DNA of 62,365 bases, counting the filler, from Squatina squatina (Eukaryota), in NCBI GenBank assembly GCA_031763465.1. It is 4 parts of 4 records of this genome, joined end to end, with 100 filler letters (N's around TTAATTAATTAA, not from the genome) between each part and the next. Parts side by side here need not be neighbours in the genome. Positions count along the whole stretch, not along the records: positions 14,210 to 28,405 come from JARFOE010000001.1; positions 28,506 to 45,341 come from JARFOE010000115.1; 2 more parts are not named here. One strand, written 5' to 3'. Each line of letters opens with the position of its first letter. Positions within the stretch are counted from its first letter, which is position 1. The translations under genes and the position numbers were made by a program. Shown here in pieces: positions 26,332 through 39,330 of this stretch. The notes below the pieces were generated by a model, which did not search any database, was not told where the DNA came from, and was given only the letters and a program-made list of their open reading frames with translations.

Positions 26332-26960
26332 CCTCTGTGGATTCCTTCATAAGGGAGGTCGCTGAGGCTCTATATGCTCTGAGAAATGATTATATATCAT
26401 TACCTATGGCCAGAGAAGACCAGAGGCAGAGAGCTCTAGGATTTGACAGGATTGTGCGATTCCCCATGGCCCATGGATCCATTGACTGTACACCTGTGGC
26501 TACATGAGCCCCTCATATAAACTCGGAGGAACAGGAAGGGATTCCATTCCCTCAATATATAGCTTGTCTGTGACAACCGGCAGAGTATCATGAAGATGGA
26601 TGCCTGCTATCCAGGGAGCTGCCACGATGCATTTATAATGAGATCGTTACCCTTCCTACAGATCTTTGAGCCCCAACACAATGTGCATGGCTGGCTACTA
26701 AGTGACAAGGGAAACCCCCTGATAGCGTGGCTCATGACTCCCTGAGAAACCCTCAGATACCAGCTGGGCACTCATACAATGAGAGCCACTCAGCCACCAG
26801 CGATATCATTAAGCATACCACTGTGGCCCTCAAGCAGAGATTTAGATGCCCTGAACAGTCAGGAGGTGCCCTGCAGTGCTCGGCCAAGTAGGTGTGTCAA
26901 GATTTGTGGTAATTTTCTCCATGGTCCACAATCTGGTGATCATGAGAGACCAGCCGTTAC
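26332..26960 (+). mobile_element. Harbinger (HARBI1-like) DDE transposase pseudogene in an FHDC1 intron
   Basis: IREVAEALYA..FPMAHGSIDCTPVA*..NRKGFHSLNI*LVCD..YPGSCHDAFIM..GWLLSDKGNPL..WLMTP*, with stops and frameshifts. Confidence 0.9.
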
Positions 26961-27194
26961 TACCAGTGATTGTGCCAGAGGGTCAAGCTGATGAGCCACA
27001 AGAGGAAGAGGAGGAGGAAGAGGAGGGGACCGGGGGAGCACCATAAGACCATAAGNNNNNNNNNNNNNNNNNNNNNNNNNNNNNNNNNNNNNNNNNNNNN
27101 NNNNNNNNNNNNNNNNNNNNNNNNNNNNNNNNNNNNNNNNNNNNNNNNNNNNNNNGCATGATTAATCACTTATAATGATTTTGTTGGCTTGCAG

Positions 27195-27295
27195 CTATGC
27201 TCTACGGATGGAAGCCATGGTTCTTAAAGAAGAGTTTGCTCCCGCCTGCTTTGCTTTATACAAAGAAATGAGAGCAATACGAATGGCTATAAAAG
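27195..27295 (+). CDS. FHDC1: FHDC1 FH2 exon
   Basis: gcag|C..G|gtaat, 101 nt; YALRMEAMVLKEEFAPACFALYKEMRAIRMAIK. Confidence 0.93.
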
Positions 27296-27677
27296 GTAAT
27301 AAATACACAGGTGAAGTACAAAAGTACAACTCTCAGACACCCGTATTCTACTCAGCTGAAAGGGATCGGTATGTGTCTTTAAAGTCCCACTGTAAAGTTC
27401 TGTGACACAATACATTTGCCCAAGAAACCAGACCCCAGAGAGGTGTCATTGCTTTCAGAGGTGATGGGAGAAAACTGTGGAGGATAAATATGTTACAAGG
27501 TTGGAATTCCCTTCTGAGTGGGTATCTGTGCACGGTCTTGCCCCTGTACCTGTTGAATAAGAAACAACAGATAATTCAGTTACAAAGTTCTAAATGTGCT
27601 AGTGACTGTCTCACAATACATTTCTTGGTGCTTTTTGGTGCGTAACTAAATTTTGCATCCTTATGAACATTTTTCAG

Positions 27678-27748
27678 AACTGATGATTTGTGAGGAACTT
27701 CAAGCAATTCTGCATTTGGTTCTACAGGCCGGTAATATCATGAATGCT
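27678..27748 (+). CDS. FHDC1: FHDC1 FH2 exon
   Basis: ttttcag|AA..GCT|gtaagc, 71 nt; ELMICEELQAILHLVLQAGNIMNA. Confidence 0.95.
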
Positions 27749-27847
27749 GTAAGCGATTTATAATGGGTATTTTTGTTGTTGCTTTTAAGACCACAAGACT
27801 TACATATGGTTCTTGTCAATTGATGGCCTCTTCCCATTTCTCTCCAG

Positions 27848-27955
27848 GGAGGTTATGCAGGAAATGCTGTGGGTTTCAAACTGTCTTCATTGCTGAAGCT
27901 AGCAGACACAAAGGCAAACAAGCCAGGAATGAACTTGCTGCACTTTGTCGTCCTG
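27848..27955 (+). CDS. FHDC1: FHDC1 FH2 exon
   Basis: tctccag|GGA..CTG|gtttgt, 108 nt; [36 protein letters not shown]. Confidence 0.95.
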
Positions 27956-28297
27956 GTTTGTATTCAGTCATTATTTGTAGACATAAATGCTAGCAACTAT
28001 CATCTAGTGGTTCATTTTTAATGGTTGGGTGAATAGGTTCCTATTTTCCTAGGAAGCGGTTCAAAAATAGGCAGCAATTTCCTGCCTGATACACAAACAA
28101 ATCATAGTTTTGAAAATAAACTTCATGGCAATATTAATCAAAAATAATGGGAATTGCTGAAAATTCTTGGGTGCCAAATAAGATGCACTATCATTCCAGA
28201 GAACTTAATTCACTTTTCACTCAGCGCACCAAGTTGAACCTCTGAGGGGTAAAATAACTAGGATCATTGACTACGGTAAAGGAAGATGAAATGTTAT

Positions 28298-28405
28298 TTC
28301 ATAGAATCATAGAAGGTTACAGCACACAAGGAGGACATTCGGCCCATTGCATCTGTGCCGGCCGAAAAAGAGCTATCCAGCCTAATCCCACTTTCCAGCT
28401 CTCGG
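28298..28405 (-). mobile_element. CR1 LINE 3' terminus
   Basis: CATAGAATCATAGAA is the antisense (ATTCTATG)n CR1 tail, followed by the CATTCGGCCC motif. Confidence 0.75.
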
Positions 28406-28505
28406 NNNNNNNNNNNNNNNNNNNNNNNNNNNNNNNNNNNNNNNNNNNNTTAATTAATTAANNNNNNNNNNNNNNNNNNNNNNNNNNNNNNNNNNNNNNN
28501 NNNNN
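28406..28505. other. Artificial scaffold-joining spacer
   Basis: 44 N + TTAATTAATTAA (28450-28461) + 44 N. Confidence 0.97.
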
Positions 28506-28888
28506 GTTGTTTATGGAGGACTGACATAAATTAATGCCATCAGAAATTCCCTCAGTTCCCTTAGCCACTTCTTGATGTCATGTTTTATGACTATTTAATC
28601 TATGATTAAATAAAACTTTGTCTACACCCAAAATGTTAACCTATTTTCTCTTTCAGGGGTTGACTGACATTGCTGTTAATTTTCTGTTTTTATTTCAGAT
28701 TTTCAGTATTCCAGTTTTTCTTTTAATCTCCTCTATCGGTCTTTATTTAACAAAAGTTCATGGAACGCATTAAAAAACAATGTTACACTTTCTATGGTAA
28801 GAAGTTTAATTGATTTGGAATGGATGTGGAGGGAGTAAATCTCATGACATGCCGAGCACAAAAAATGGAATAAATAAGAAAGCACTTA

Positions 28889-29098
<210 letters not shown>

Positions 29099-30241
29099 TT
29101 AAACATTTGTATCTTGTAACATATCAACATTTGTTTAATCAAATTCACAATGAGATACTGCAAAGTCATAATGTTGAATTAAGAATATTTTACTTTCTTT
29201 TCTCATTGGGACCTAGACTCAGTGGGTGCAATCAGCCCTCCAGTATCTTTCTCAAGCCTTTATTCATGTGTGTTAGTTAGCGTCAGCAGGCTATTCACGA
29301 CAGCCAAACCCAATTCTANNNNNNNNNNNNNNNNNNNNNNNNNNNNNNNNNNNNNNNNNNNNNNNNNNNNNNNNNNNNNNNNNNNNNNNNNNNNNNNNNN
29401 NNNNNNNNNNNNNNNNNNNNNNNNNNNNNNNNNNNNNNNNNNNNNNNNNNNNNNNNNNNNNNNNNNNNNNNNNNNNNNNNNNNNNNNNNNNNNNNNNNNN
29501 NNNNNNNNNNNNNNNNNNNNNNNNNNNNNNNNNNNNNNNNNNNNNNNNNNNNNNNNNNNNNNNNNNNNNNNNNNNNNNNNNNNNNNNNNNNNNNNNNNNN
29601 NNNNNNNNNNNNNNNNNNNNNNNNNNNNNNNNNNNNNNNNNNNNNNNNNNNNNNNNNNNNNNNNNNNNNNNNNNNNNNNNNNNNNNNNNNNNNNNNNNNN
29701 NNNNNNNNNNNNNNNNNNNNNNNNNNNNNNNNNNNNNNNNNNNNNNNNNNNNNNNNNNNNNNNNNNNNNNNNNNNNNNNNNNNNNNNNNNNNNNNNNNNN
29801 NNNNNNNNNNNNNNNNNNNNNNNNNNNNNNNNNNNNNNNNNNNNNNNNNNNNNNNNNNNNNNNNNNNNNNNNNNNNNNNNNNNNNNNNNNNNNNNNNNNN
29901 NNNNNNNNNNNNNNNNNNNNNNNNNNNNNNNNNNNNNNNNNNNNNNNNNNNNNNNNNNNNNNNNNNNNNNNNNNNNNNNNNNNNNNNNNNNNNNNNNNNN
30001 NNNNNNNNNNNNNNNNNNNNNNNNNNNNNNNNNNNNNNNNNNNNNNNNNNNNNNNNNNNNNNNNNNNNNNNNNNNNNNNNNNNNNNNNNNNNNNNNNNNN
30101 NNNNNNNNNNNNNNNNNNNNNNNNNNAGTGTACATGAATGAAACTAGTAAACGGTTCTAGTATTTAAAAAAAAAAAATCATATTAAATAGCCCAGATTCA
30201 AACTACTTCACAGAAATGTGTACTTAAGAAATTGATGTTAC

Positions 30242-30480
30242 CTGCTTGATGCTTTCTTATTGTGATTTTCCCATTCGTGCTTGCGATGCAGGAATCCCTC
30301 CATCTGTGCTGAGGGAGTTTCTTGAGACTTGACAGGTAAAGTAGCAGATTGGGATTGCAAAGGTGAGGTCTTGGTTTTACGATCTGAAGTTGGTGAAGCT
30401 GCAGGGCTGGGCTCTTTGGAACTGGTTCTCTGTTCAGTGGCGCCATTCACCATCTCACTCGTCTCAATTGTCTCAGTCAC
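30242..30480 (-). CDS. SPTBN1: Beta-II spectrin exon (linker to PH domain start)
   Basis: 239 nt; VTETIETSEMVNGATEQRTSSKE..SAQMEGFLHRKHEWENHNKKASSR; phase matches the next exon. Confidence 0.96.
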
Positions 30481-33057
30481 CTGGATTCAACAGATAATGG
30501 ATGAATCACCATTTTAATGTAGTCCAAAAATAGATTGAAACCAAACACCTTGATATCTGAGGCTGTGTATTCTTCATGCACTGAAAATTTCATTATTGGT
30601 ATATGAATTGTATGTATTGATATATTCAGTGGATTGAGTCATATTACAATGGAACATTAAATATTTAAGAATTGCTATGGGTTGATGACCACCCCCCAAA
30701 GGCTTTGTGGGAAATTGCACAGTGGAGTGTGGCATTGAACTATGTAGATCACCAATGTCCTAACTTAGATCCATGTTGTGTAGGAGAGTTAGCCGAACGG
30801 ATAACAGGAGTCCTGTACTAAGTAGGGGAAAAATTAACCAGGATTTTGACTCCAGATCCCTAACCACTGATCTGTGCTGGAATTGCATGTATGGGTGAGG
30901 AGAGGAGCAAGCACAACTGTCATGGTCACCACAGTAAAATAGCTAGAACCAANNNNNNNNNNNNNNNNNNNNNNNNNNNNNNNNNNNNNNNNNNNNNNNN
31001 NNNNNNNNNNNNNNNNNNNNNNNNNNNNNNNNNNNNNNNNNNNNNNNNNNNNNNNNNNNNNNNNNNNNNNNNNNNNNNNNNNNNNNNNNNNNNNNNNNNN
31101 NNNNNNNNNNNNNNNNNNNNNNNNNNNNNNNNNNNNNNNNNNNNNNNNNNNNNNNNNNNNNNNNNNNNNNNNNNNNNNNNNNNNNNNNNNNNNNNNNNNN
31201 NNNNNNNNNNNNNNNNNNNNNNNNNNNNNNNNACAGCAGCCTCTATATGTGGAGCAGATTTAAGTCATTCTTGCATAACAATATTCATTTTCACCCAGTG
31301 AGACTAAGCACACAACAACTTTAACAGTGACCTGGACAAGGTAAACTGTTATTTATATGGAATGAGTATAAACAAAGTCTACAATGATTTTTGACTTTCA
31401 TTTTTTAGTAAAAGCTTTTTAGAAGAAGTCCTCTCCCTCTTTTTCTTTCCATTTTTCTCAGATGGACTAAAATTAACACATTACTACTTTGCTTAATTTC
31501 TTGTACATCATCTGAAGGAGACCTAGATTTTGATGGAAGTATATGTCCTGACATTGGTGAGAATGCAGCTCTCCACTGGCATTCAAATAAGTAACATCAA
31601 GTCACTCCAGTAGAATCAAAAACATAAAAAGCACAGCAGCTATACTTTTAAAATGGAAAGGAAAGCTGATGGTGCAAAAACTGAAGTCTATTTTCAGTGC
31701 CAGCAAATAAATTTAATACCCCCAAATAACTCAGTGCATTTAGTCCATCAAAAACTAGTTCCAGAGTGGTCTTCATACAGGTGCTTATGGAAAGGTGGAA
31801 AAAATTGTGACAGTGGACTAAACCAGATATAGAAGTGGACTAAACCAGATATAGAAAAAAAGATAAATGATGAGGTACTTAAACCTTGTACTATCCCATT
31901 CTATTGACCTCCCCTTCAATACAGATCAAATTCTCCTTCAACATAGACTTTGCTTATGCTCATTCACTCTTTTCGATTAATACATAATTCAGGCATGCAG
32001 AGATTTCAACCTTTATAGATCACAACATGCAAACCAACACCACCACCCAGGTTTAGTTATTTGTAGTTTGATAAGATAAAGGAAGGAGCACAGTTCTCAA
32101 TGCAAACAGCATTTTAAGCAGAGTAATTATCAAATTTTAACTATTATGGATTTGAAATTTTGTTAAAAAAAAACCAAGAAAGTCACTCAAAGCCAATACA
32201 GTTATTTACCCCCAAAAACAGACAGACTCATGGTCTTGTCCATTACTTGCTTTGTTGTTCATGTTGCTTGGTGCAGTGTGATCCTGACAACCTAGAGAGC
32301 AGCCAAGCTTCCAGCAGCTCTGCAGTTTCTATCTGGACAAGGTGGGTATCTTCAGAATCCAGTCATCCAAATTATTTGAATTGTAATTCCACTAGATTTA
32401 GCCACAGAAATTCAGATCACTCCTGGTTCTTGTGCTATCAATACTTTTCTCTCGTTTTTCTGAAACGTATTTGCAAGGTGGATGCAGCAGTCGACTAGTC
32501 ACACAATGACCAGCGTGTAGTATTTACTAGTGCTTTAGCTTTAATTAAAAGGTGATCAAGCATGCGCACTCTTTGAGAGATGTGCAAACTCATACCAGTG
32601 TTGAAACAAATAAAGCCATAGAAAAGCTCAGGCTAACATTTTGAATGTTTTTCACANNNNNNNNNNNNNNNNNNNNNNNNNNNNNNNNNNNNNNNNNNNN
32701 NNNNNNNNNNNNNNNNNNNNNNNNNNNNNNNNNNNNNNNNNNNNNNNNNNNNNNNNTAAATGGTGTTGGTTGAGGGATAAATGTTGGGTAGGACATCAGA
32801 AGAATGTCTTTCTATTCTTCACATAATTGCCAAAGGATTTTTGGCATCCATCTGAAGTACCTCAGTTAGAGGACTGGAGAGTCAGTCTGAACTAAGGCAT
32901 TTGACTTGAACCCATAACCTTCTAACCCAAAAATGAGAGTGATACCAACTGAGCCAAGCTGACAAGTAATTTCCGTTGCTACTAAAAACATAGGGTGTCA
33001 GCGCAGATCCAGTTCTCCTGTTGTTTCATCATTACAAAGGAATTAAAAAAAACTCAC

Positions 33058-33254
33058 TGTTGTCAGTCTCTCCAATGCTGAAAACCTTTCATCCCATGTA
33101 GCTGCTGATTTCTCAAATGCCTCATGCCTCTTAATTAGTTTCTCCACCTCATCCACACTCTGACCCAATTCTCGACTGGACAGGTATGGCTCTTGGCCTA
33201 AAAGCCAGGCTTCTGCCACACCTGCATCTCTGGCAAACTGATGCACTTCCAAAA
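33058..33254 (-). CDS. SPTBN1: Beta-II spectrin exon (partial last repeat, tetramerisation site)
   Basis: 197 nt; [65 protein letters not shown]. Confidence 0.96.
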
Positions 33255-33543
33255 CTAAGTAAAAAAAAAAAATTCAACAAATTAAAGATAAAATGCAGTG
33301 GAAAAGCAATAAAATTCATAGATTTCCAATTATCAGATGCAACTCACATAGCCAAAACACTCAGGAAAAAACATGAGGCCTCCATTAAAAGGTTGCAATA
33401 TACGGTCAGAAAGATTGACTAAAAAGTTCCGAGAAAAAAACGTAATTATAGGAAAATAGATATGCATTACATGTTCAGCAAAATATGTGCTTTGTTAAAT
33501 AGGATTTCTGTCATGCAACAGGAACAATACTAAGTACATTTAC

Positions 33544-33628
33544 CTAGTCTGTGCCACTCCCATCTGTCCTCCCACTTGTCAATCATTTCTTTCCTCTTAT
33601 CTGTTAGCTGCAACAACTTCTCCTTAAT
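33544..33628 (-). CDS. SPTBN1: Beta-II spectrin exon
   Basis: 85 nt, acag|ATT..G|gtaaa; IKEKLLQLTDKRKEMIDKWEDRWEWHRL (not in the ORF track). Confidence 0.95.
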
Positions 33629-33636
33629 CTGTATGT

Positions 33637-36445
33637 GAACAGAAAATTAATTGAGTTCAAGGAACAACAAATGAACCAAGCACATGTAACAGCAACTGAA
33701 CCGAGCACAGGGACAGGAACTGAACCAAGCACAGGGAACAGAAAGTCAACCAAACACTGGGAACAGAAACTGAAACAAAAACAAGCAACAGAAACTAAAG
33801 CCAGCACAAGGAACAGAAACAGGACCAAGCACAGGGAACAGAAACTGAACCAGACACAGGGAACAGAAAATGAATCGAGCAAAAGGAATAGAAACTAAAC
33901 AGACACAAGGAACAGAAACTGAACCAAGCACACGGAACAGAAACTCAACCGAGCACAGAGAACAGAAACTGAAACAAGTGCAGGGAACAGAAACCGAACC
34001 AAGCACAGGGAACAGAACGTGAACCAAGCAAAAGGAGAAGAAACTGAACCAAGCACAAGTAACAGAAACTGAAGCAAGCACAAGGAACAGAAACTGAACC
34101 GAGCACAGGGAACAGAACATGATCCGAGCAGAGGGAACAGAAACTGAACCAAACACAGGGAACAGAAACTGAACCGAGCACAAGGAACAGAAACTGAACC
34201 GAGCACAGGGAACAGAAATAGAACCGAGCACAAAGAACAGCAACTGAACCGAGCACAAGGAACAGAAACGGAACCAAGCAAAAGGAACGGAAACTGAACC
34301 AAGTACAAGGAAAGAAACTGAACCAAGCACAAGGAACAGAAACTGAACCACGCACAAGGAACAGAAACTGATCCGAGCACAGGGAACAGAAACTGAACCA
34401 AGCACAGGGATCAAAAACAGAACCGAGCACAAGGAAAGAAACTGAAAAAAGCACAAGGAACAGAAACTGAACCAGGCACAAGGAACAGAAACTGAACCAG
34501 GAACAGGGAACAGAAACAGAACCAAGCTCAGGTATCCGAAACTGAAACAAACACAAGGAACAGAATCGGAAGCAAGCACATGGAACAGAAACAGAACCGA
34601 GCAAGACGAACAGAAACTAACCCAAGCACAGGGAACAGAAACTGAACCAAGCACAGGGAACAGAAACTGATCTGAGCACAGGGAACAGAAACTGAACCAA
34701 GCACAAGGAATAGAAACTGAACCAGACACAGGGAACAGAAACTGAACCAGAGCCAAGGAACACAAACTGAACCAGACACAGGGAACAGTAACTGAATCAA
34801 GCAGAAGGAAAAGAAACTGAATCGAGCAAAAGGAACAGAAACTAAAACAGACACAAGGAACAGAAACTGAACCGAGCACAGAGAACAGAACCTGAACCAA
34901 GCACCGGGAACAGAACGTGAACCGAGCACAAGGAGCAGAACCTGAACAAAGCACAAGAAACTTAAACTAAACCAAGAACAGCGAACAGAAACTGAACCGA
35001 GAACAAGTAACAGGAACTGAACCAAGCATAAGGAACAGAAACGGATCCGAGCACAACGAGCAGAAACTGAACCAATCACAAGGAAAAGGAACTGAACCAA
35101 GCAAAGGAACAGAAACTGATCCAAGCACAAGTAACAGAAAACGAACCAAGGTCAAGGATTAGAAACTGAACCAAGAACAGGGAACAGAAACTGACCCAAG
35201 CACAAGGAACAGAACCTGAACCAAGCAAAGGGAAAAGAAACTGAATCGAGCAGAAGGAACAGGAACTGAACCGAGCACAAGGCACAGAAACTGAACCAAT
35301 CATAAGGAACAGGAACTGCAACAAGCACAGGAACAGAAACTGATCCAAGCACAAGGAACAGAAAACAAACCAAGTACAAGGAACAGAAACTGAACCGAGC
35401 ACAAGGAACTGAAACTGAACTGAGCACAAGGAACTGAAACTGAACTGAGCACAAGGAACAGAAACTGACCCAAGCACAAGGAACAGAAACTGAACCAAGC
35501 AAAGGGAAAAGAAACTGAATCAAGCATAAGGAACAGGAACTGAACCGAGCACAAGGCACAGAAACTGAACCAATCATAAGGAACAGGAACTGCAACAAGC
35601 ACAGGAACAGAAACTGATCCAAACACAAGGAACAGAAAACGAACCAAGTACAAGGAACAGAAACTGAACCGAGCACAAGGAACTGAAACTAAACCGAGCA
35701 CAAGGAACTGAAACTGAACCGAGAACAAGGAACAGAAACTGAGCTGAGCACAAGGAACAGAAACTGAGCTGAACACAAGGAACTGAAACTGCACCAAGCA
35801 CAAGGAATAGAAACTGAACCAAACAGAGGGAACAGAAACTGAACCGAGCACAAGGAATAGAAACTGAACCAAGCAGAAGGAACTGAAACTGAACTGAGCA
35901 CAAGGAACAGAAACTGAACCAAGCACAAGGAACAGTAACTTAACCGAGCACAAAGAATAGATATTGAATGAGACACAAGAAACAGAAACTGAACAAAGCA
36001 CAAGGAACAGAAACTGTTTCACGAACAAGGAACAGAAAATGAACCGAACAGAAGGAACAGAAATTGAATCAGGCACCTGGAACATCAACTGAACTGAGCA
36101 CAAGTAACAGAAACTGAACCGAGCACAGGGAACAGAACTTGAACCGATCACAAGGAGCAGAAACTGAACCAAGCACAATGAACAGAAACTGAACCAGACA
36201 CAGGGAACAGAAACTGAACCAGACACAGGGAACAGAAACTGAATCGAGCACAAGGAACAGAAACTGAATCGAGCAAAAGGAATAGAAACTAAACAGACAC
36301 AAGGAACAGAAACTGAACCAAGCACACGGAACAGAAACTGAACCGAGCACAGAGAACAGAAACTGAACCAAGTGCAGGGAACAGAAACCGAACCAAGCAC
36401 AGGGAACAGAACGTGAACCAAGCAAAAGGAGAAGAAACTGAACCA
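33637..36445. repeat. 25-nt minisatellite, consensus GCACAAGGAACAGAAACTGAACCAA, roughly 110 units, open-ended at a gap
   Basis: Tandem periodicity visible directly; higher-order duplications with ~2394 nt and ~274 nt offsets. Confidence 0.97.
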
Positions 36446-36708
36446 NNNNNNNNNNNNNNNNNNNNNNNNNNNNNNNNNNNNNNNNNNNNNNNNNNNNNNN
36501 NNNNNNNNNNNNNNNNNNNNNNNNNNNNNNNNNNNNNNNNNNNNNGCGTTGTGTTTACCCGTCTCTCCGCGGAGAGTGGGTGGGCGATTGGTTCCCGGCG
36601 GAGTGGGTCTTCATTTGAAATTCTCATCCTCGTGTTCACATCCTTCCACCGCCTTCTCTGTCCTCGCTCTCTTTCTTTCCCTCCCCTAACTTGGCACACT
36701 AACTTTAC

Positions 36709-36953
36709 CTTGGTTTCTCCTGGGTCTCAATTTGCCGAATAACATCTTCCATCCAGAGCATCAGATCACGCACCATGCTAAAGAAGCGGAACTTGTCACC
36801 AGTGTCAAAAAGCTTTGCCCTCCGAGCCTCACATGCATCAAGAAGTGTTTTCCATGCCTCCAAAACTTCTGCTTCACGTTTCTGAATGTCATCAGCCTTG
36901 TCACCAGCATAAGCAGCCTGGAGACGAGCCGCGTCCTCCTGCAGCTGCCTTAC
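36709..36953 (-). CDS. SPTBN1: Beta-II spectrin exon (spectrin repeats)
   Basis: 245 nt; [57 protein letters not shown]. Confidence 0.96.
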
Positions 36954-37351
36954 CTGTAACATAGCAATATATCAGCATTTTACCACAATCATTTATTCTT
37001 TCTTACCCCCATTAGCTTCACTTAGTTACTTATAATGCCTCTAACCCAACAACAATGCAAAGACTAACAAAATTAATTACAAATTCAAGCAGTAGTTTTG
37101 AGTGACAGATAACTAGGGACTACAGGACATGAAGCAAGCAGTATAACAACAGCATTTTATGATCTTGTGGTAATGTTAAAAGCACTGTATTTTTTCAGAA
37201 TTCAATTATGACAATTTATGTAAGTCCCATCTATTGTATGTAATGCTAGATTATACCCTTTTCTTTTAAAATTCAGAAACAGAAAAGCTTCACTGGTTTA
37301 ACATCGCCACAGCTGACATTACTCGATTTCTTAGCTCTCATTGACAGATCG

Positions 37352-37400
37352 CAAGTTCCGGGTTTCGGCACGTGTATCACATGCTTAAACCCGGAACTTG
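37352..37400. repeat. Hairpin core of a palindromic MITE-like repeat
   Basis: Perfect 14-bp inverted repeat CAAGTTCCGGGTTT / AAACCCGGAACTTG with an imperfect inner stem. Confidence 0.7.
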
Positions 37401-37978
37401 AACGGGCCTCTACGGACGTGTGCGCACCTCGTACATGTCTGTAGGGGCCATTATTTACAAGATAGCAATTGCTGGAAGGTTGAGCTAAAAACAGAATAAC
37501 CTGATTCTAATTTTTCATTCTTGTAAAAGGTATACAACAATTTAGAATTACTAAGGAAAACACTTGCAGACAATAGTAAATTTATTCTTGGAGAATATGA
37601 AATTAATTTTCCAGCATAATAATTATTAACTTTTTTTCTTTTTTTTCTTAATTTTTTATTCTTTGACGAAACCAAAAAATGTATACGTTTTAATGGTGAA
37701 TACATGTGATTTGATTTGATTTGTTTCTAAATCAATTGGAGTTTTCTCTTAACACAGAACACCTAAACCTTTTTATTGTGTCACTACTATGTTCTCTTCT
37801 GAAAAGCTATTCTTTGTGGGAACCCCACCAATTACAGTTTAATTAATAAGTGCACTTTATGGGTTCTGATGCTGTAATTTGTGCAAAAACATTAATGAGA
37901 ACAAATGTGACAAGTATTTAAATTAACTATAGTATTAAAAATACAATAGAACAGGATTGCACAGAAGTAAACATTTGA

Positions 37979-38083
<105 letters not shown>

Positions 38084-38450
38084 ACNNNNNNNNNNNNNNN
38101 NNNNNNNNNNNNNNNNNNNNNNNNNNNNNNNNNNNNNNNNNNNNNNNNNNNNNNNNNNNNNNNNNNNNNNNNNNNNNNNNNNNNNNNNNNNNNNNNNNNN
38201 NNNNNNNNNNNNNNNNNNNNNNNNNNNNNNNNNNNNNNNNNNNNNNNNNNNNNNNNNNNNNNNNNNNNNNNNNNNNNNNNNNNNNNNNNNNNNNNNNNNN
38301 NNNNNNNNNNNNNNNNNNNNNNNNNNNNNNNNNNNNNNNNNNNNNNNNNNNNNNNNNNNNNNNNNNNNNNNNNNNNNNNNNNNNNNNNNNNNNNNNNNNN
38401 NNNNNNNNNNNNNNNNNNNNNNNCAGTGTTGAGGATGTTTGACATTCTAC

Positions 38451-38825
38451 CTGAGTACCAAGAGCCTGAATGTCATGTTCAAATGTTGTATGCATTCTCT
38501 GCAATGCTTCCACAGTGTTCTGATCTCGCCCTAGCTCCTCTGGAAGCTTCTTGTGTTTGTCTTGAATTCGTCCAAGGATCTCCTTAGCATCATGGTAAAA
38601 TTTGTGCAGTTCATAAGAGGCGGCCAGAATCTGTGTTCTGGTGTCAATAAGCTCAAGGAGATCTGCCCAAGCCTCATTGAGTCCATCTTTCCATTCAGCA
38701 ATTGTGGCAGCATCAGAATGTCCAGAATTGATCAGCTCATCTGCCATATGGTTTACACTGTCGACACGCTCCTGACCAATGTTACCAGTATCACGGGCAA
38801 ATTCACGGAACCTCTCTTGTAACAT
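38451..38825 (-). CDS. SPTBN1: Beta-II spectrin exon (spectrin repeats, ankyrin-binding region)
   Basis: 375 nt; [65 protein letters not shown]. Confidence 0.96.
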
Positions 38826-39330
38826 CTGAAAAGAAAGATCACTTATGAAATCAAGAAAATCAGAGTATATTTTTTGATTTAGTTGGTTAGCTCAAACATT
38901 TTAAATAAAACTCAATGCATTTTAATAAAACACTAGTTGACCTCCTGTGGTGCTGTACATGAGGAGTTGATACCAAGTGCAGTTTTCAGGTGAATCTGGG
39001 ATGAAGGGCTGGGGATGACTGGACTTGGGCATGCAGATGTAATTCAGTCACAATTTTAAAATTCCTATATTCTGTCTCTATTTTTCTATAATACTTTGAT
39101 ATTCTGTGAAGCATTGTAGGATGTTTTTAATACATTAAAGGTGCTATATAAATGCAAGTTGTTATATTATTTATAGTTAAATAGCAAAATGTACCGCAAT
39201 TTGGGACGCAAAAAGTAGAGATGGTTACAGNNNNNNNNNNNNNNNNNNNNNNNNNNNNNNNNNNNNNNNNNNNNNNNNNNNNNNNNNNNNNNNNNNNNNN
39301 NNNNNNNNNNNNNNNNNNNNNNNNNNNNNN

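Noticed and set aside
31812-31855. Exact 22-nt tandem duplication AGTGGACTAAACCAGATATAGA
   Set aside because: A simple local slippage duplication in an intron with no functional clue
32160-32498. Candidate alternative short C-terminal exon of SPTBN1
   Set aside because: Minus-strand translations do not resemble the known short beta-II spectrin tail
33604-36425. Long hydrophobic Cys/Phe/Leu-rich minus-strand ORFs (up to 402 aa)
   Set aside because: The 25-nt unit has no stop codon on that strand in any frame, so the ORFs are repeat artefacts inside an intron
33637-36445. Possible CRISPR array
   Set aside because: Units are head-to-tail with no unique spacers, there are no cas genes, and the context is vertebrate
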